Shown in pieces: positions 39,884-53,704 of a DNA stretch of 64,000 nt (within the stretch, counting starts at the first letter, position 1; every line of letters begins with the position of its first letter). The stretch is from the NCBI GenBank assembly GCA_951406725.2, contig OX597816.1, forward strand, positions 22,134,001-22,198,000, given 5' to 3'. The DNA comes from Octopus vulgaris (Eukaryota). The position numbers and the translations under genes are program-made. The notes beneath the pieces were generated by a model, which saw nothing but the letters and a program-made list of their open reading frames with translations, made no database searches and was not told the DNA's origin.

Positions 39884-40073
39884 TATTTCTTTACTACCCA
39901 CAAGGCACTAAACACAGAGGTGAAAAACAAGGACAGACAAACGGATTAAGTCGATTACATCCACCCCAGTGCGTAACTGGTACTTAATTTATCGACCCCG
40001 AAAGGATGAAAAGTCGACCTCGGCGGAATTTGAACTCAGGACGTAACTGCAGACGAAATACGGCTATGCATTT
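39884..40073 (-). mobile_element. tRNA-derived SINE family B
   Basis: Reverse complement of the unit in 53705-54737. Confidence 0.88.
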
Positions 40074-40220
40074 CCCCTCATATAGCCAAGAAGTGCAAAT
40101 AAAGGAAGCGTACGAATTGTTTACATAATTATATGAGTTAGATTAATTCAACACCTTGTTCTTTAAATTTTCGAATAGAACAATTAGTAGTTAGATACTT
40201 AGAACTTACAATTAACGTAT

Positions 40221-40681
40221 TGGATCTTTTCGCTTTGACCGGCGGATTTTTATAATAATTTCTGGCGGTGTCATGTGAAAATGTCACCCATAATTATGAA
40301 CCTAGTATCGATCTATTGCATTTCAATCTGTTTTAGGGTTAGGGTTAGAGTTATGGTTAGCGGTGGTGGAAGGGTATCTTTTTTTCTACAGAAATGTAAA
40401 TAAACCCAATCTGTTTCTTAAACGAGGGACATTTTCATTTGACACCGCCAGAAGATTTTACGGCAGAGAATGTTTTCACCTCAATAGACGTCACTGATTC
40501 GTTGAAATTGCCGAAATTGAAGAAAATATCTTACAAATATCTTGCAAACTACAGAATTTTCTCAAGAAATCCAAGAGAAAAAGATGTTTTATATACACAT
40601 TCTACCAGTATACAAAATTTAAAAGTGTTTAGTTACGTGGAAATTATTTTAAAAATCTGTCGGTCAAAGCGAAAAGATCCA
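40221..40681. mobile_element. MITE with about 42-bp TIRs and an internal TTAGGG tract
   Basis: tggatcttttcgctttgaccggcggattttt / aaaaatctgtcggtcaaagcgaaaagatcca. ttagggttagggttag lies near 40333. Confidence 0.85.
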
Positions 40682-41151
40682 ACAGATTATATGCGAATAA
40701 ATAGGTCTTTAACTTTTCTTAGTGGGCAAGATTCAGTTATGAATCGCCAAACTAATAAGTAATCCCAAATGAACATAGCTACCAATTTATAATCGTAGTT
40801 TACTGATAAAGTAACACTTGTTGAAAGAAACAAATTCCGGTACTCCTCCTCTTTCGACACACAGACACACAGACACATACAGATTGAGAGAAAAACGCAC
40901 ACATGTATACATACATATAGATATATATATATGTGTGCGCGCGCGTGTGTGTGTGTGTGTACGTGTGTATGCGTGTTTGTTTTTATTCCCATGCTGGCCA
41001 CCTGATGAGATCGGTATTTAAATATCGATCTTATCCTTATTTGTACACATTTATAGATTTATTTCGTCGTTATATTAACTGCGGGGGTATTTTGACCATA
41101 TCACACGTGGAGTTTTAGCCGGACAATTTATACTGGTCGTCTGCCTACCTG

Positions 41152-41188
<37 letters not shown>

Positions 41189-41265
41189 ACGTTCGTATAT
41201 GGAAGTATATCGCATGTTATAAATACATACACACACACACACATACACACACACACACACACACA

Positions 41266-41315
<50 letters not shown>

Positions 41316-41345
41316 TATATTTGTAGTTATGTGCTATCTGAGTAT

Positions 41346-41404
41346 ATTCCATTGATGAAGGCAGATCATTTCTTATGTATATCCAGAAATCTGGGATCTG
41401 GAAT
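41346..41404 (+). ncRNA. Degenerate hammerhead (PLE terminal-repeat relic)
   Basis: attcca-TTGATGA...atcca-GAAA-tctggga-TC-tggaat, with a perfect stem I. Confidence 0.5.
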
Positions 41405-41712
41405 TATCCAGAAATTTTTTTGCTAGTTTATTTTGTGTCTTTCTCTGGCCTTTTGGTGCAGTATGAACATTTAATGTGGTTTTAGAGTTTTGGCTGCTAT
41501 TTCCAGTGAGGTGGTATCTCTTAGATACTCTAAATTATAATTTTAATAATAATTATTACCTTTGAAGGTTTTTATACCCATCCTAGCCTATTCATAAGAT
41601 CGGTATTTAAATATCCATCTTAACCTTATTTATATAAAATTATACACACTCACACACACACATACACACACATATATATATATATATATGTACGTGTGTG
41701 TATGTAAGTATG

Positions 41713-41761
<49 letters not shown>

Positions 41762-42543
41762 ATGTATATACATGTATGTATATATGTATGTATGTATGCA
41801 TCGATCTGCATTTCTGGGTATTTCTACTACAAGCGGTCTAATGCTGAGTTTCGGAAAGTCTGTAACGCATGGCAAAAATACATTCGGATGTAAATGGGTT
41901 ACATCTATGTGAAATAATCAAAATATATTATTTATACTATATCTTTTTTTAGATATTTCCGTCAAAACTTACCAAGAGTTTAAAACTAGGAAAGTCGATA
42001 AAATGTACTGAATAATGATATTTGCAAAATATTTTTTTTTTCAGCTCAAACGTTTGTATTTGCTGAAAAATATTTTTTGGTTTTCCATTACCAATGCTGA
42101 AGCAACCAAATGTCACATTTAAAGTTGGAGTACCTGCAGCAGAAAAGAAAATACAAAACGAGTAAAATAAAGAAAATTGCGAATGGCCTTATAGTATATT
42201 TGCATTTCGTAGGAGTGAAAATATCGCATATTGCAGAGAGTAAGACATAATTCACTTTAATGCAGCAAATACGAACAACAAATAAATAAATATTGGCCAT
42301 GTCAAAGACTAAAAAGAATAAAGAATATGAGATAAATCAAGTAGGAAAAATAGTAAACGAAAATTCTTCCTACTTGTTTACAAATCATATATGGTGTCTT
42401 TTATATTCTCTAATTTGCTGTATTTGTTCAAGCGCGGAGTGAAAATAAACATATGTACTGAAAGAGGCGAATTCAAACAGTTTCACGTATGTAACTTCAG
42501 TCTAAAGAAATGAGAGAAAATAATTTGTAAAAAAAAAAAAAAA

Positions 42544-42559
42544 AATAATAATAATAATA

Positions 42560-42623
<64 letters not shown>

Positions 42624-42671
42624 GAGCTGCGCTCGGTAGTGAAGTGAAAGCACGCTATAAAAATAAAACTA

Positions 42672-42751
<80 letters not shown>

Positions 42752-42800
42752 TAATAATAACAATAACAACAACAACAACAACAAAAATGATAATAACAAT
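42544..42800. repeat. (AAT)n/(AAC)n microsatellites
   Basis: Directly visible. Confidence 0.95.
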
Positions 42801-43009
42801 AATGGCAATAGTTACAAAATAAAATAGCCGTTGAGGCGGGTAAAATGCATTCTGACTCGTGAAGCAAATATATCTAAATTTGATCAGAAATGACAAATAA
42901 CCTTTTGTTGTTCAAATTAATCAAGCGAGTAAATATGGAAAATCAAAATATATTTTAGGTAAAATTGTCCATGGAGAGCAAATAACATAAAAAACATTAC
43001 AGTGTGTGC

Positions 43010-43087
<78 letters not shown>

Positions 43088-43633
43088 GTATCGATTCATG
43101 TTGCGTCAGACGCAGTAGTTTTCATGTGCAAGCAAGATTCGCAGAATCTGAAAATTAGATTTTCAGCTACAAACATTGCTCTTACCTTCTCAATCAACAA
43201 TCCTCATGTCATCATCATCATCATCGTCAGTGTACTTCTCACGATGATAATCATGGTTGTGATAATGATGATGATGACTACCGCCACCATCATCATCATC
43301 ATCAATATCAGCATCCACTGGAATATCGAAACTATGAGGCGAATTATGTTAAGAGACCCTTCTACGTAGTCGACATCCACACGTTAGATACCCTCATGTG
43401 GTATACACTGGGTTAAAATAGTTCTGTTATATGTTACAATTCATGCGATCAAGAAATAAAAATCTGCCTACAGGTACTGAATATCGAAAATTAACATGCA
43501 AGTGCGACAATTGATTACCTAGTTGATATTTTATAACGTGTAGCAACCACAATTCCTCGTACTAACAAACACTGTCTCGCCACTGGTGTCCTTTGGTGAT
43601 ATCTCTACGTATTACAACTGCTTCTAGCAGATA

Positions 43634-43827
43634 CAGTTCTATATTTAAGACATGAGGAATTACATTATTTGCATTATTTACATTTGAGGGATATTTATCC
43701 TCATCTTGTTTGTTGTTAACACAACATTTCGGCTGTTATACCCTCCAGCCTTCATCAGGTGTCTTGGGGAAATTTCGAACCTGGATTCTCATTCCTACGG
43801 TCATTTTTATGTTGTTATTAATATTAA

Positions 43828-43885
<58 letters not shown>

Positions 43886-43921
43886 ATCACTTCTTGGAAT
43901 CGAACTTGGAATCTTGGGGTT
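43634..43921 (-). mobile_element. tRNA-like + (AAT)n + hammerhead module (solo copy)
   Basis: Minus strand has B box aagttcgattcc, (AAT)n, then acac-CTGATGA-aggctg..cagcc-GAAA-tg-TT-gtgt (43719-43762). Homologous to 62653-62856. Confidence 0.8.
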
Positions 43922-44313
43922 ACTCTTTTACACTTTTACTTGTTTCAGTGATTTAACTGCAGCTATTCTTGAGCACCGCCTTTAGTCGAGCAAATCGACC
44001 CCAGGACTTATTCTTTGTAAGCATATTACTTATTCTATCGGTCTATTTTGCCGAACCGTTAAGTTACGGGGACGTAAACACACCAGCATAGGTTGTCAAG
44101 CGATGTTGGGGGACAAACACATACACATATATATACATATACATATATACGACGGGCTTCTTTTCAGTTTCCGTGTACCAAATTCACTCTCAAGGATTTG
44201 CTCGGCCCCAGGCTATAGTAGAATGCACTTGCCCAAGACGCCATGCAGTGGGACTGAATCCGGAACCATGTTGTTGGTAAGCAAGCTACTTACCACACAG
44301 TCACTCCTGTGCC
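43921..44313 (-). mobile_element. tRNA-derived SINE family A
   Basis: Full-length match to the other family A copies. Confidence 0.9.
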
Positions 44314-44680
44314 TATTTTATGAACCCTGAAAGGATGAAAAGCAAAGACGGATTTCAGTGGAATTTAAAACCTTTGGATAATAAACACCCACGCTACGAA
44401 TTGGTTATCTTTTACACACATCTGAAAATTTTGCAAAATACTATCTGAAATAACAAACATTTCAGAATCCAATGACATCCAAGCAAATTCTACTGAAAAG
44501 CAACACTGACTGAACAATAAAATGGTAGATGTGCATTGCATGTGTTATATGTGTTTAATGGTATTTGTTGTGACATATTTTGCAATGATTATTTCATTTC
44601 ACCTGAATATCACCAGCTTTCAAATGTGTTTCCCTTTTTTTTTCCAGAAGTGAATGTAAGGACACTATGCCGTTACAGGT

Positions 44681-44927
44681 GGAGGCGCGTGGCTTAGTGG
44701 TTCGGGTGTCAGCATCATGATCGTAAGATTGTGGTTTCGATTCCTGGACCGGGCGACGCGATGTGTTCTTGAGCAAAACACTTCATTTCACGTTGCTCCA
44801 TTCCACTCAGCTGGCTAAAACGAGTTTCGCTGCGATGGACTGGCGTCCTGTCCAGCTGGGGAACACATACGCCATAGAAACCGGAAAACCGGGCCCATAT
44901 GCCTGGCTAGGTGTTAAAAGGGCGCAT
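44681..44927 (+). mobile_element. tRNA-derived SINE family D
   Basis: A box tggcttagtggttcggg, B box ggtttcgattcc, and body gctgcgatggactggcg. Confidence 0.88.
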
Positions 44928-45129
44928 TTAAATTTTTTTGCCGTTACAGTAGCAAAACGATTACATCATGTAATTACTCTTTCGTTTATTTGTGCACACA
45001 TTTTTACATTTAATATCGTCTTCAGTAATACTTAAATCGAAACACTTTGGATGAGAATATGCACCCTTATTAATGCATAAATTATTCAACATTATCCTGA
45101 TTATCCTACTTTTGGAATGTTTAGTGTAC

Positions 45130-45320
45130 AGTTGTAAGATTGTGGTTTCGATTCCTGGACCGGGTGACGTGCTGTGTTTTTGAGCAAAACACTTCGTTTC
45201 ACGTTGCTCCACTTCCCTCAGCTGGCAAAAATGAGTAATGCTGCGATGGACTGGGGAACAAATACGCCATTGAAACCGGGAAACCGGACCCATGAGATTG
45301 TCTACGCTGTAAAAGGGCAA
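45130..45320 (+). mobile_element. tRNA-derived SINE family D, 5'-truncated
   Basis: Matches 44720-44927. Confidence 0.8.
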
Positions 45321-46052
45321 GGGTAAAAACTCAGATTATCTCGCCATGATGTATAACTGTACCGTAACCTTGTTAAGTATAATATGTCAGCTCGATGCGG
45401 GTACATCATTATTTTAAACAAATCATCAAAGGACACGAGAGGTAAGACGATGTTGGTTAGCACGAGGAATTCTGGTTGCTACTCATGATAAAATATCGAC
45501 TAGCAAATGGGTAGACGCACCTCCATGTAAATTTTCGATTTTCAGAAACTGAAGGGAGATTTTATTTCTTGATCGCATGAATACTAACATTTAACAGAAC
45601 TGTAACAACCCAGCGCATAAAACACGAGGATGTCAACATAGCAACATAACATTCATTGCATAACATAAGTCGTTTATTAAATGTTTACCAATGTAAGAAT
45701 TGATAAAGCTTAAGTGTTTAATGAGCGAATTCACGAAGTCCGAATGAGTATAATTTATTCGCAAATTATAAAACATGTTTATTACCAACATACATGCGCA
45801 CGCCCACATGCACACACACATATATATACACACGTAGGTGTCATATTATGCGTATATAAAACTTGGATAATTTCAACTACGAGAAAATAATACATTTTAT
45901 TGAGAATATTTTCGTATAATATATCGAAATTGAAGACAAAATACGATGTATTTCCATAACAAACAGATTTAAAAACATTAGGCATGTAATTATATGTATA
46001 CTTACACATAAATGTGTTTATGTTTGTGTATGAGTGTGTATGTGGATTAATT

Positions 46053-46112
<60 letters not shown>

Positions 46113-46226
46113 AATGTATATATATGTATGTATATATATATATATATATATATACGCTTATATATAAGACTGCATGTCGGTATGTATTCATGAATGTATT
46201 TATGTATGTATATATGTATGTATGTA

Positions 46227-46301
<75 letters not shown>

Positions 46302-46788
46302 GTGTGTTTGTGCTTCCATGTCTGTACAGGACATTATAAATTGAGAAGAAAACGAAACGGAAACAAGATATATTGTGAATTTAAAACCTTCTAATTCTCA
46401 ATCTGAAATTGATTAACAATAATTTTGCATTAAATTACTCTTTAACTTGCTTTATGATATATATGCAATTGTGATTGGGTATTCATAATAGTCTAACGTT
46501 ATTTTACATAATTTCATTACACACGTAGAAACACACACACAGACACAAACACACGTACGCATTCACACACACACATATAATTACACGCGCTCATATACAT
46601 ATAAATGTACGAGTATATGTATGTGAGTGTACATATGTTTCTGGCTATAGATGCACTTGAGAGTGCGTGCGTGTTGGATGATACGTTGCAAAATGTATGC
46701 TGGCCCATGTGTATATTTATCAAGTACGGTTATAATAACGCAAGATTACAGTCTAACATATGACGTAATATAGCGAATGTGTATATAA

Positions 46789-46824
<36 letters not shown>

Positions 46825-46933
46825 ATGAATAAATGTATATATATATGTATCTATGTATATAAATATATATATAAATACATATATATATGCATAAATATAT
46901 ATATATATATATATACATATATATACATATATA

Positions 46934-47280
46934 TGCCAAAGATTCCAACGTCACCATCAAAATACAGGTCCAGATACTGCAACAGCTTGGGTTTCAGGGG
47001 ACCACAGCTCTTTAACATCCTCCCTAAATGCCTGAGAGACTTACATGGTGTGGATGTGGGTTTCTTTAAAACTAAACTGGATCTCTTCTTGTCGGGAGTC
47101 CCAGATGAACCCACCTCACCACAGGAGATGCAGATGCGGTCAGCAGCATCGAACTCTCTTGTCGATCAAGTGCCACGTATCAGAGGTGGATTCACATATT
47201 AGTATAGCTTATTCAGCGGTGGTGCCTCCAGCATGGCCGCGGCCTTCGGGCTAAAATATTTTAAAGGATTTAAGGATTTA
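46934..47280 (+). mobile_element. 3' end of a CR1-like LINE in a TA tract
   Basis: [52 protein letters not shown], with a (taaggatt)n tail. Confidence 0.88.
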
Positions 47281-47414
47281 TATAGTGGGGTAGACTGATT
47301 TATGGGGATACCCTAGGTTTCTTACTCATAAGTTATTTAGCGTTAAGGCGTATCATCAGATGTCAAACCTATGTGTGCGTGTATATATGTATGTATGTAT
47401 GTATACCAATACAT

Positions 47415-47536
47415 ATACAGGCATGGTTTCGCAACTACACGGCTCCAGGCACCTTGGGCAACTGTCTTCTACTATAGCGTCGGGTCGATCAAAGATTTGT
47501 GAATGGATTTTGTAGATGAAATTAGAAAGTAGCATG

Positions 47537-47599
<63 letters not shown>

Positions 47600-47800
47600 T
47601 ATTTATGTGCGTGTGGCCTTTCTATCTACGTCTGTCTTTCTTCCTTCACCATCGCTTGGCAACCGATATTGATGTCTCTACGCCACAGTAAAATCGCGGT
47701 TCTGCAAATGGCACCGATAGAATAAATACGAGGATTACAAACGATAAATATTGGGGCCGAGTACTTCAACAACGAACACTTTAAGGTGGTGCTACAGCAA
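47415..47800 (+). mobile_element. Diverged SINE family A
   Basis: caccttgggcaactgtcttctactatag...aaggtggtgctacagca. Confidence 0.7.
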
Positions 47801-47809
47801 ACATAAAAC

Positions 47810-48015
47810 TGAATGATAAGTGTTTTCAAATCAAAACTGGACCTCTTACTGTCGAGAGTCCTAGATAAACCTACTTCACGGCAAGAGGTGCAAATGAGGG
47901 TAACGACATCAAGCCCCATTCTTCACCAAGAGGAGGCTCTCAGTAACAAGAGTGTCACAAAAAGGCGGTGCTCCAGCATGGCAACAACATTGAGCTGAAA
48001 CTACAAAAAAGAACA
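47810..48015 (+). mobile_element. Very short 3' end of a CR1-like LINE
   Basis: VFKSKLDLLLSRVLDKPTSRQEVQMR, with tail ggcggtgctccagcatggc. Confidence 0.8.
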
Positions 48016-48061
48016 ACAAAAACAAAAGAAAAAAAGAAATATATATAGGGCCGTATATATA

Positions 48062-48545
<484 letters not shown>

Positions 48546-48595
48546 GAGTATATGCATATATAAATGTATATATATATATATTAATATATACATAT

Positions 48596-48745
48596 TAGGA
48601 AGGGCATCCAGTCGTAGAAACATTGCCAGATCAGACTGGGCCTGTTGCAGCCTTCTGGTTTCCCAGACCCCCAGTTGTACCGTCCAACCCATGCTAGCAT
48701 GGAAAGCGGACGCTAAACGATGATGATGATGATGATGATGATGAT
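48596..48745 (+). mobile_element. 3' end of a retroposon with a (GAT)n tail (RTE-associated SINE or LINE)
   Basis: aggaagggcatccag..tccaacccatgctagcatggaaagcggacgctaaacgatgatgat. Confidence 0.6.
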
Positions 48746-49078
48746 ACAAACATAAATACATACATACACACACACATATATGCACATATACAGTATTAGC
48801 AGTGATAGAATATGGTGCAACAAACAGAGTATCAAATGCACGCGAGCACATAAGAAGCAACACACATTTCAGATTCACACATCGCATTTGCTGACTTCGT
48901 GAATGTTATATAATCCCGTAGAATAGAAATTAATTTGGTATCGTTTAAAAGTTAGAATAAGCCGTAATGTTTGAATTTAAATTTATTAAAATAATTGCCA
49001 AGTGAGTGTCCATTTATAGATAGTGGTACGGCATGATGCATACAAGTGTGTAATCTGTTTGAAATATATATTCGCATA

Positions 49079-49146
<68 letters not shown>

Positions 49147-49360
49147 CGTATCTATGTATGTATTATGCACATATATCATATTCATGCGTGCGTGTAAATT
49201 TAAATATATATGTGTATATATTTGGATATATATATACACCCACATGTATATGCATGCGCTTATATGCGTAAATATATGCATACACGTTATGTAGCTACTC
49301 ACAGAGACGCATACACATACTTACCTGTATACATGTACTTGTAACGTATACACACTCACG

Positions 49361-49408
<48 letters not shown>

Positions 49409-50050
49409 CTATGTTTACATGCATATATGTTTTGTGTATATATATGCATATATATGCATCTATATATTTATGCATATATTTCAATATATACGCAAATATA
49501 TATACATATACATATATATGCGTGTATGTATATATAGTTCGATGTGTATATACATATGTGTATGTGTTTGCTTGTACATGTGCATATATGTGAGTAACGT
49601 ATGCATGCTTATATGCTGATATATATGTAAATGATAAATTCATCTCTATTTACCGACATAAGCAGCCACATCTATATACGTATATGCAATAAGTGTGTTC
49701 CATTTGTAAGCAACCATTTTCATGCGATAAAGAAAGACATGAAATGCAATTAATTTCGTATAAAATTTATGACTAGCTTTATTCCCTGATGTATCATGCT
49801 TTAAACACTGCCAGTAAATATGTACCAGTAATTTACTACCTAGGTATTTCAACTAGTTATCATCATAATCGACAATTCTTACTTATAATAGAATTTATTA
49901 CCATTTCTCGTGACGGAAGCCGACATAAATGAAACAATTTTATTCAAACTCGAATCGCCTATCCACATTTTGGTAGCTATATAGCGTGCGAATCTTTGGA
50001 CAATATCACTCAGTCCTGCGTTCCTCTCATTAATGTAATAACCAGCAGTT

Positions 50051-50215
50051 AGGCGGCGAGTTGACAAAATCGTTACGTCACTGAGCCAAATGATTAGCCG
50101 CATTTCGTCCATCTTTGCGTTCTGAGTTCAAATTCCGCCAAGGAACATTTGCCTTTTATCCATTCAGAGTTAATAAGAAAAATATCAGTTGAACACTGGG
50201 TTGATATAATTGACC
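50051..50215 (+). mobile_element. Degenerate SINE family B
   Basis: aggcggcgagttgacaaaatcgtta..gttctgagttcaaattccgcc. Confidence 0.7.
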
Positions 50216-51270
50216 TAGCGGACCTTTTCTTTTGGCTATCAGCGTCCAATTTCTTTAATTTTTGTTCCAATTCATTTCATATTTGGCGTATTGATGTAGT
50301 TTTGTAAGGTAACCATTGTCATGAAATTCATTGTCGACATAAGTCAATAATGAAAGAGTTAATAGCTTTCAAAGTTTGCAAATTCTGGGTAATTTTAGCC
50401 AATAGAAAGCGACATATATATATAGATCCTTGTTTCCCTAGTAACAAACCAAGCTGTTACCAAGTTACTTACCACGTTCTCTTTTTCTCGTTTATTAAAT
50501 ACTTAAAATACATGAGGTATGAGATGTGCTAAAAATAACAGTTAAATAGGCATTTAATCAACCACGATTTTGGGGGGGGGGGGGGCTTAATCGTATGAAT
50601 TTCTGTTTCTAGAATACAAATTCGCAAACGTTTTTTGAAAATTCTAAGAAATGAAAAAAGTTATGAGGGGGTTATGTGGCAAGCATTAAACAGCGTTCTG
50701 CTAATATTTCACTTGTTTACAGTTGATAACACGTGCTTACAGATACGAAATGACAAGTTCCAAATCCGCTGTAACTTCTTTTAGAAAATTTTGCGGTGAA
50801 AGTGAATTATCTCCTGCGATTCAGAGTGGAAAATGACACCAATACACCAATATTAAAAATTTTTCCTAAACTTTGAAATTTCTACCGGTGCAACCAGGCA
50901 GAAAAGATACGTCCCTGAAATTACTGGACTTGTTCCAAAATTTGAAACAAGTTTAACCAGCAATGTTTCATATCGTGTATTCAGGCTTTTCTAAAACCTT
51001 CATCTTGTAACAGTACCTAAGCAAACAGATGTGAAAAGCTGTACGTAGGTGCTTGACCTGTTAGAAAACATACAAATATCCCCCACAATTCTTTAATGTC
51101 ATTAGACAACATACACTGGTTAATGTAGTCTTAGGTTTCAAGCATATAGACAAAGACAGGTTGGTTATGTGCGGAGCGTCTTTGATCAGAAGTATGCTCA
51201 CTTAGCAATGAATCGACACTAGCATTAAAAGCATCAGCCACAAAAGAGCATTACAATAACAGCAGCAATA

Positions 51271-51612
51271 AAGGGTAAAGACCCCCTTCGGTCAGGCACT
51301 GGCCATGGGTTTGCACCTAGAGAGATACTCTCTGAGGCACAAGTCTGGGCAAGGTTGTTTTATGGAAGACCAGCAGTCGCCCATGCATACCGGCCTCCCC
51401 TCTCCACGTCACCGATGTTGTCCAAGGGAAAGGCAAGGGCCGATACAGCTTGGCACCAGTGACGTCGCAACTCATTTCTACAGCTGAGTGAACTGGAGCA
51501 ACGTGAAATAAAGTGCCTTGCTCAAGAACACAACACGCAGCCCCCGCCGGGATTCGAGCTCACAACCTCACGATCGTAAGCCCGACGCTCTAACCACTGA
51601 GCCATGCGCCTT
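51271..51612 (-). mobile_element. tRNA-derived SINE family C
   Basis: Reverse complement of 18114-18456, flanked by an acagcagcaata duplication. Confidence 0.9.
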
Positions 51613-53704
51613 CACACAGCAGCAATAATACCAACGAAATCGGGTGCCCAATCGTGCCTCCAAACAAAAGATCTTGCTGCAAAATGTTCCCTTATATGCA
51701 TACATATGCAACAACACAGGCACAGGCATGGACACACACACACACACACAATACATCCTAATGCAGAGTGAAATAAAAGATTTGCTAAAGCATATTTTAA
51801 ACATTATTGTCCTCGGCGTTAAATCATATCCGTGTAGTAGATTTGAATCCGGTGATTGAACCTCTTATATTGATGGGTGAGAAACATGCTAGGGACTGAG
51901 GTAGTTGTAGTGACCAAGAAGAGATAAAAGAACCTGGTGACATTCATCGTAAGGGAGAGGTCGAAGAGGACGTGGAGAAACCTTGCCCCGGCGCCCGGTT
52001 TACCATCGCCACAGGAGTCAAGGAAAGGACAGGAGATGCTCGGTATTCAAACCACAGCTGACCATCACGGGGTTTTGTTAAAAGTGAACCAATCATAAGG
52101 TCTATGCACTTGGACATCAACCTTCAACAGCGATACTATTGAATTTGGTGACATGTTCTATCTGGTTATGGTGGTTGCAGTCGGTTGCAGGATGTCTTAG
52201 AGATATACTCGATACCCGTGATATTCTCCAAGACGGACTGCTCTCAAACTGGACGAGCTCAATCTACCAGTAAGCAACTGGTTTTTAGGCGCTAGTAACT
52301 CGCTCTTACTCCTTATCCTGTCAGTATGTAGCAGTCCCGCCAGGCTAACATCTAGAAGTCGAGGAGGCCAGGAGCTGGTCTTGATTGTCAGAGGTTATTT
52401 CAGATATACATCTCAGAGAAAATATCCTAAAACCGTACATTTTAACATTACAAATTATATAAAATTCACACGTCTTTCGCATGCTTTTCAGATAAGTAGG
52501 GAACTGTGTGACATTTGGCCCCTATTTGAAGCGGTTCGAGCACCCATATAAATGTTCCTATATTAATGTTATGTGTAGTCTGTGACAATCTTAATGCTGT
52601 AACATATCTGGTCATCAGATCGTTTCTAAGCGCATGTATTGTACCATTTTTTAAGATGTGGACGGGAACCAGGTTTATATGACTCAATGACTCATTTTTT
52701 AAGACAGCAGAGCGACCTTGAGGGAAATATAATTGTTTTTTCTTGATCCAAGTTGATCCAGCACGTTAATGCACCCGATTTCGTACGTTATTTATAAATT
52801 TATTTATAAATTTTGGCATTGAAATTACATTCCTCGATTTGCTATTAGTTTCAAAGTATCTAAGAATAATCGAGCTGCGGATTATCACCAATAGGGAGAT
52901 AAATAGCAATTTCCATTACTCTTTCTCCAACGTTCCACGCTCATCCCGATTAAGTAATTAAATTAAACCTTTTTATGTCTGGGGAGAGTCATTTTCTTTT
53001 TGTGTCATAATTTAACACACTCGCCGGTAAAATTCCCACTTATTTCTTTTCCCCAAACTCAAAAGTATATTTCCCCAGACACAACAGAATATGCTTCAGT
53101 ACACGAACTCACTTAAAGAATCTTGCAAACCAAATCCAAAAACGAAATATAATCCTGTTTAGTAATTAGTATACTCCGATACTATATCTTCAGCTTATTT
53201 GTATAGATACTTTCCTAGTACATTTAGTCAGAAGAGCCGGAAAGATATGGTAAAGGGCATTTCCTTTCATGTCTTCCGTTGAATGAGTAGATTTCGGTGC
53301 TATATTATTAAACCATTAGTTTTACCACGCGTTCATAACACTTAATCTTAATTTTCATAACAAAATACCCACAAATTTATTATATTCTCCTTGTTTCAAT
53401 TATTGGCCTGCGATGACACTAGGGAATTTCATGGGATTTAGAGGAATAAATGCATGCCAGATCTAATATATTTTAAGGTCTTATTTTTATGTTCATGATT
53501 TCCTTTGCTAACCCTTTGAGTTCCCGTGACGTAAACTAAAACAGCAGCAGCTGTCCTGCGGTTTTGGGTGACAAAGACACGAAGATAATTACACATACAC
53601 ATATACAAATATGTATATATGGCGGACCTCCATACAATTTCAGAAAAACCAAATAGACTAACGGCTTATTGGTCAGCCCGTGGCTATAGCAGGAAGCACT
53701 TATC

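Noticed and set aside
40330-40362. True telomere or chromosome-fusion scar
   Set aside because: There are only a few degenerate units, enclosed by transposon TIRs.
42497-42896. Poly-Leu, poly-Tyr and poly-Ile ORFs
   Set aside because: They are translations of (AAT)n microsatellites.
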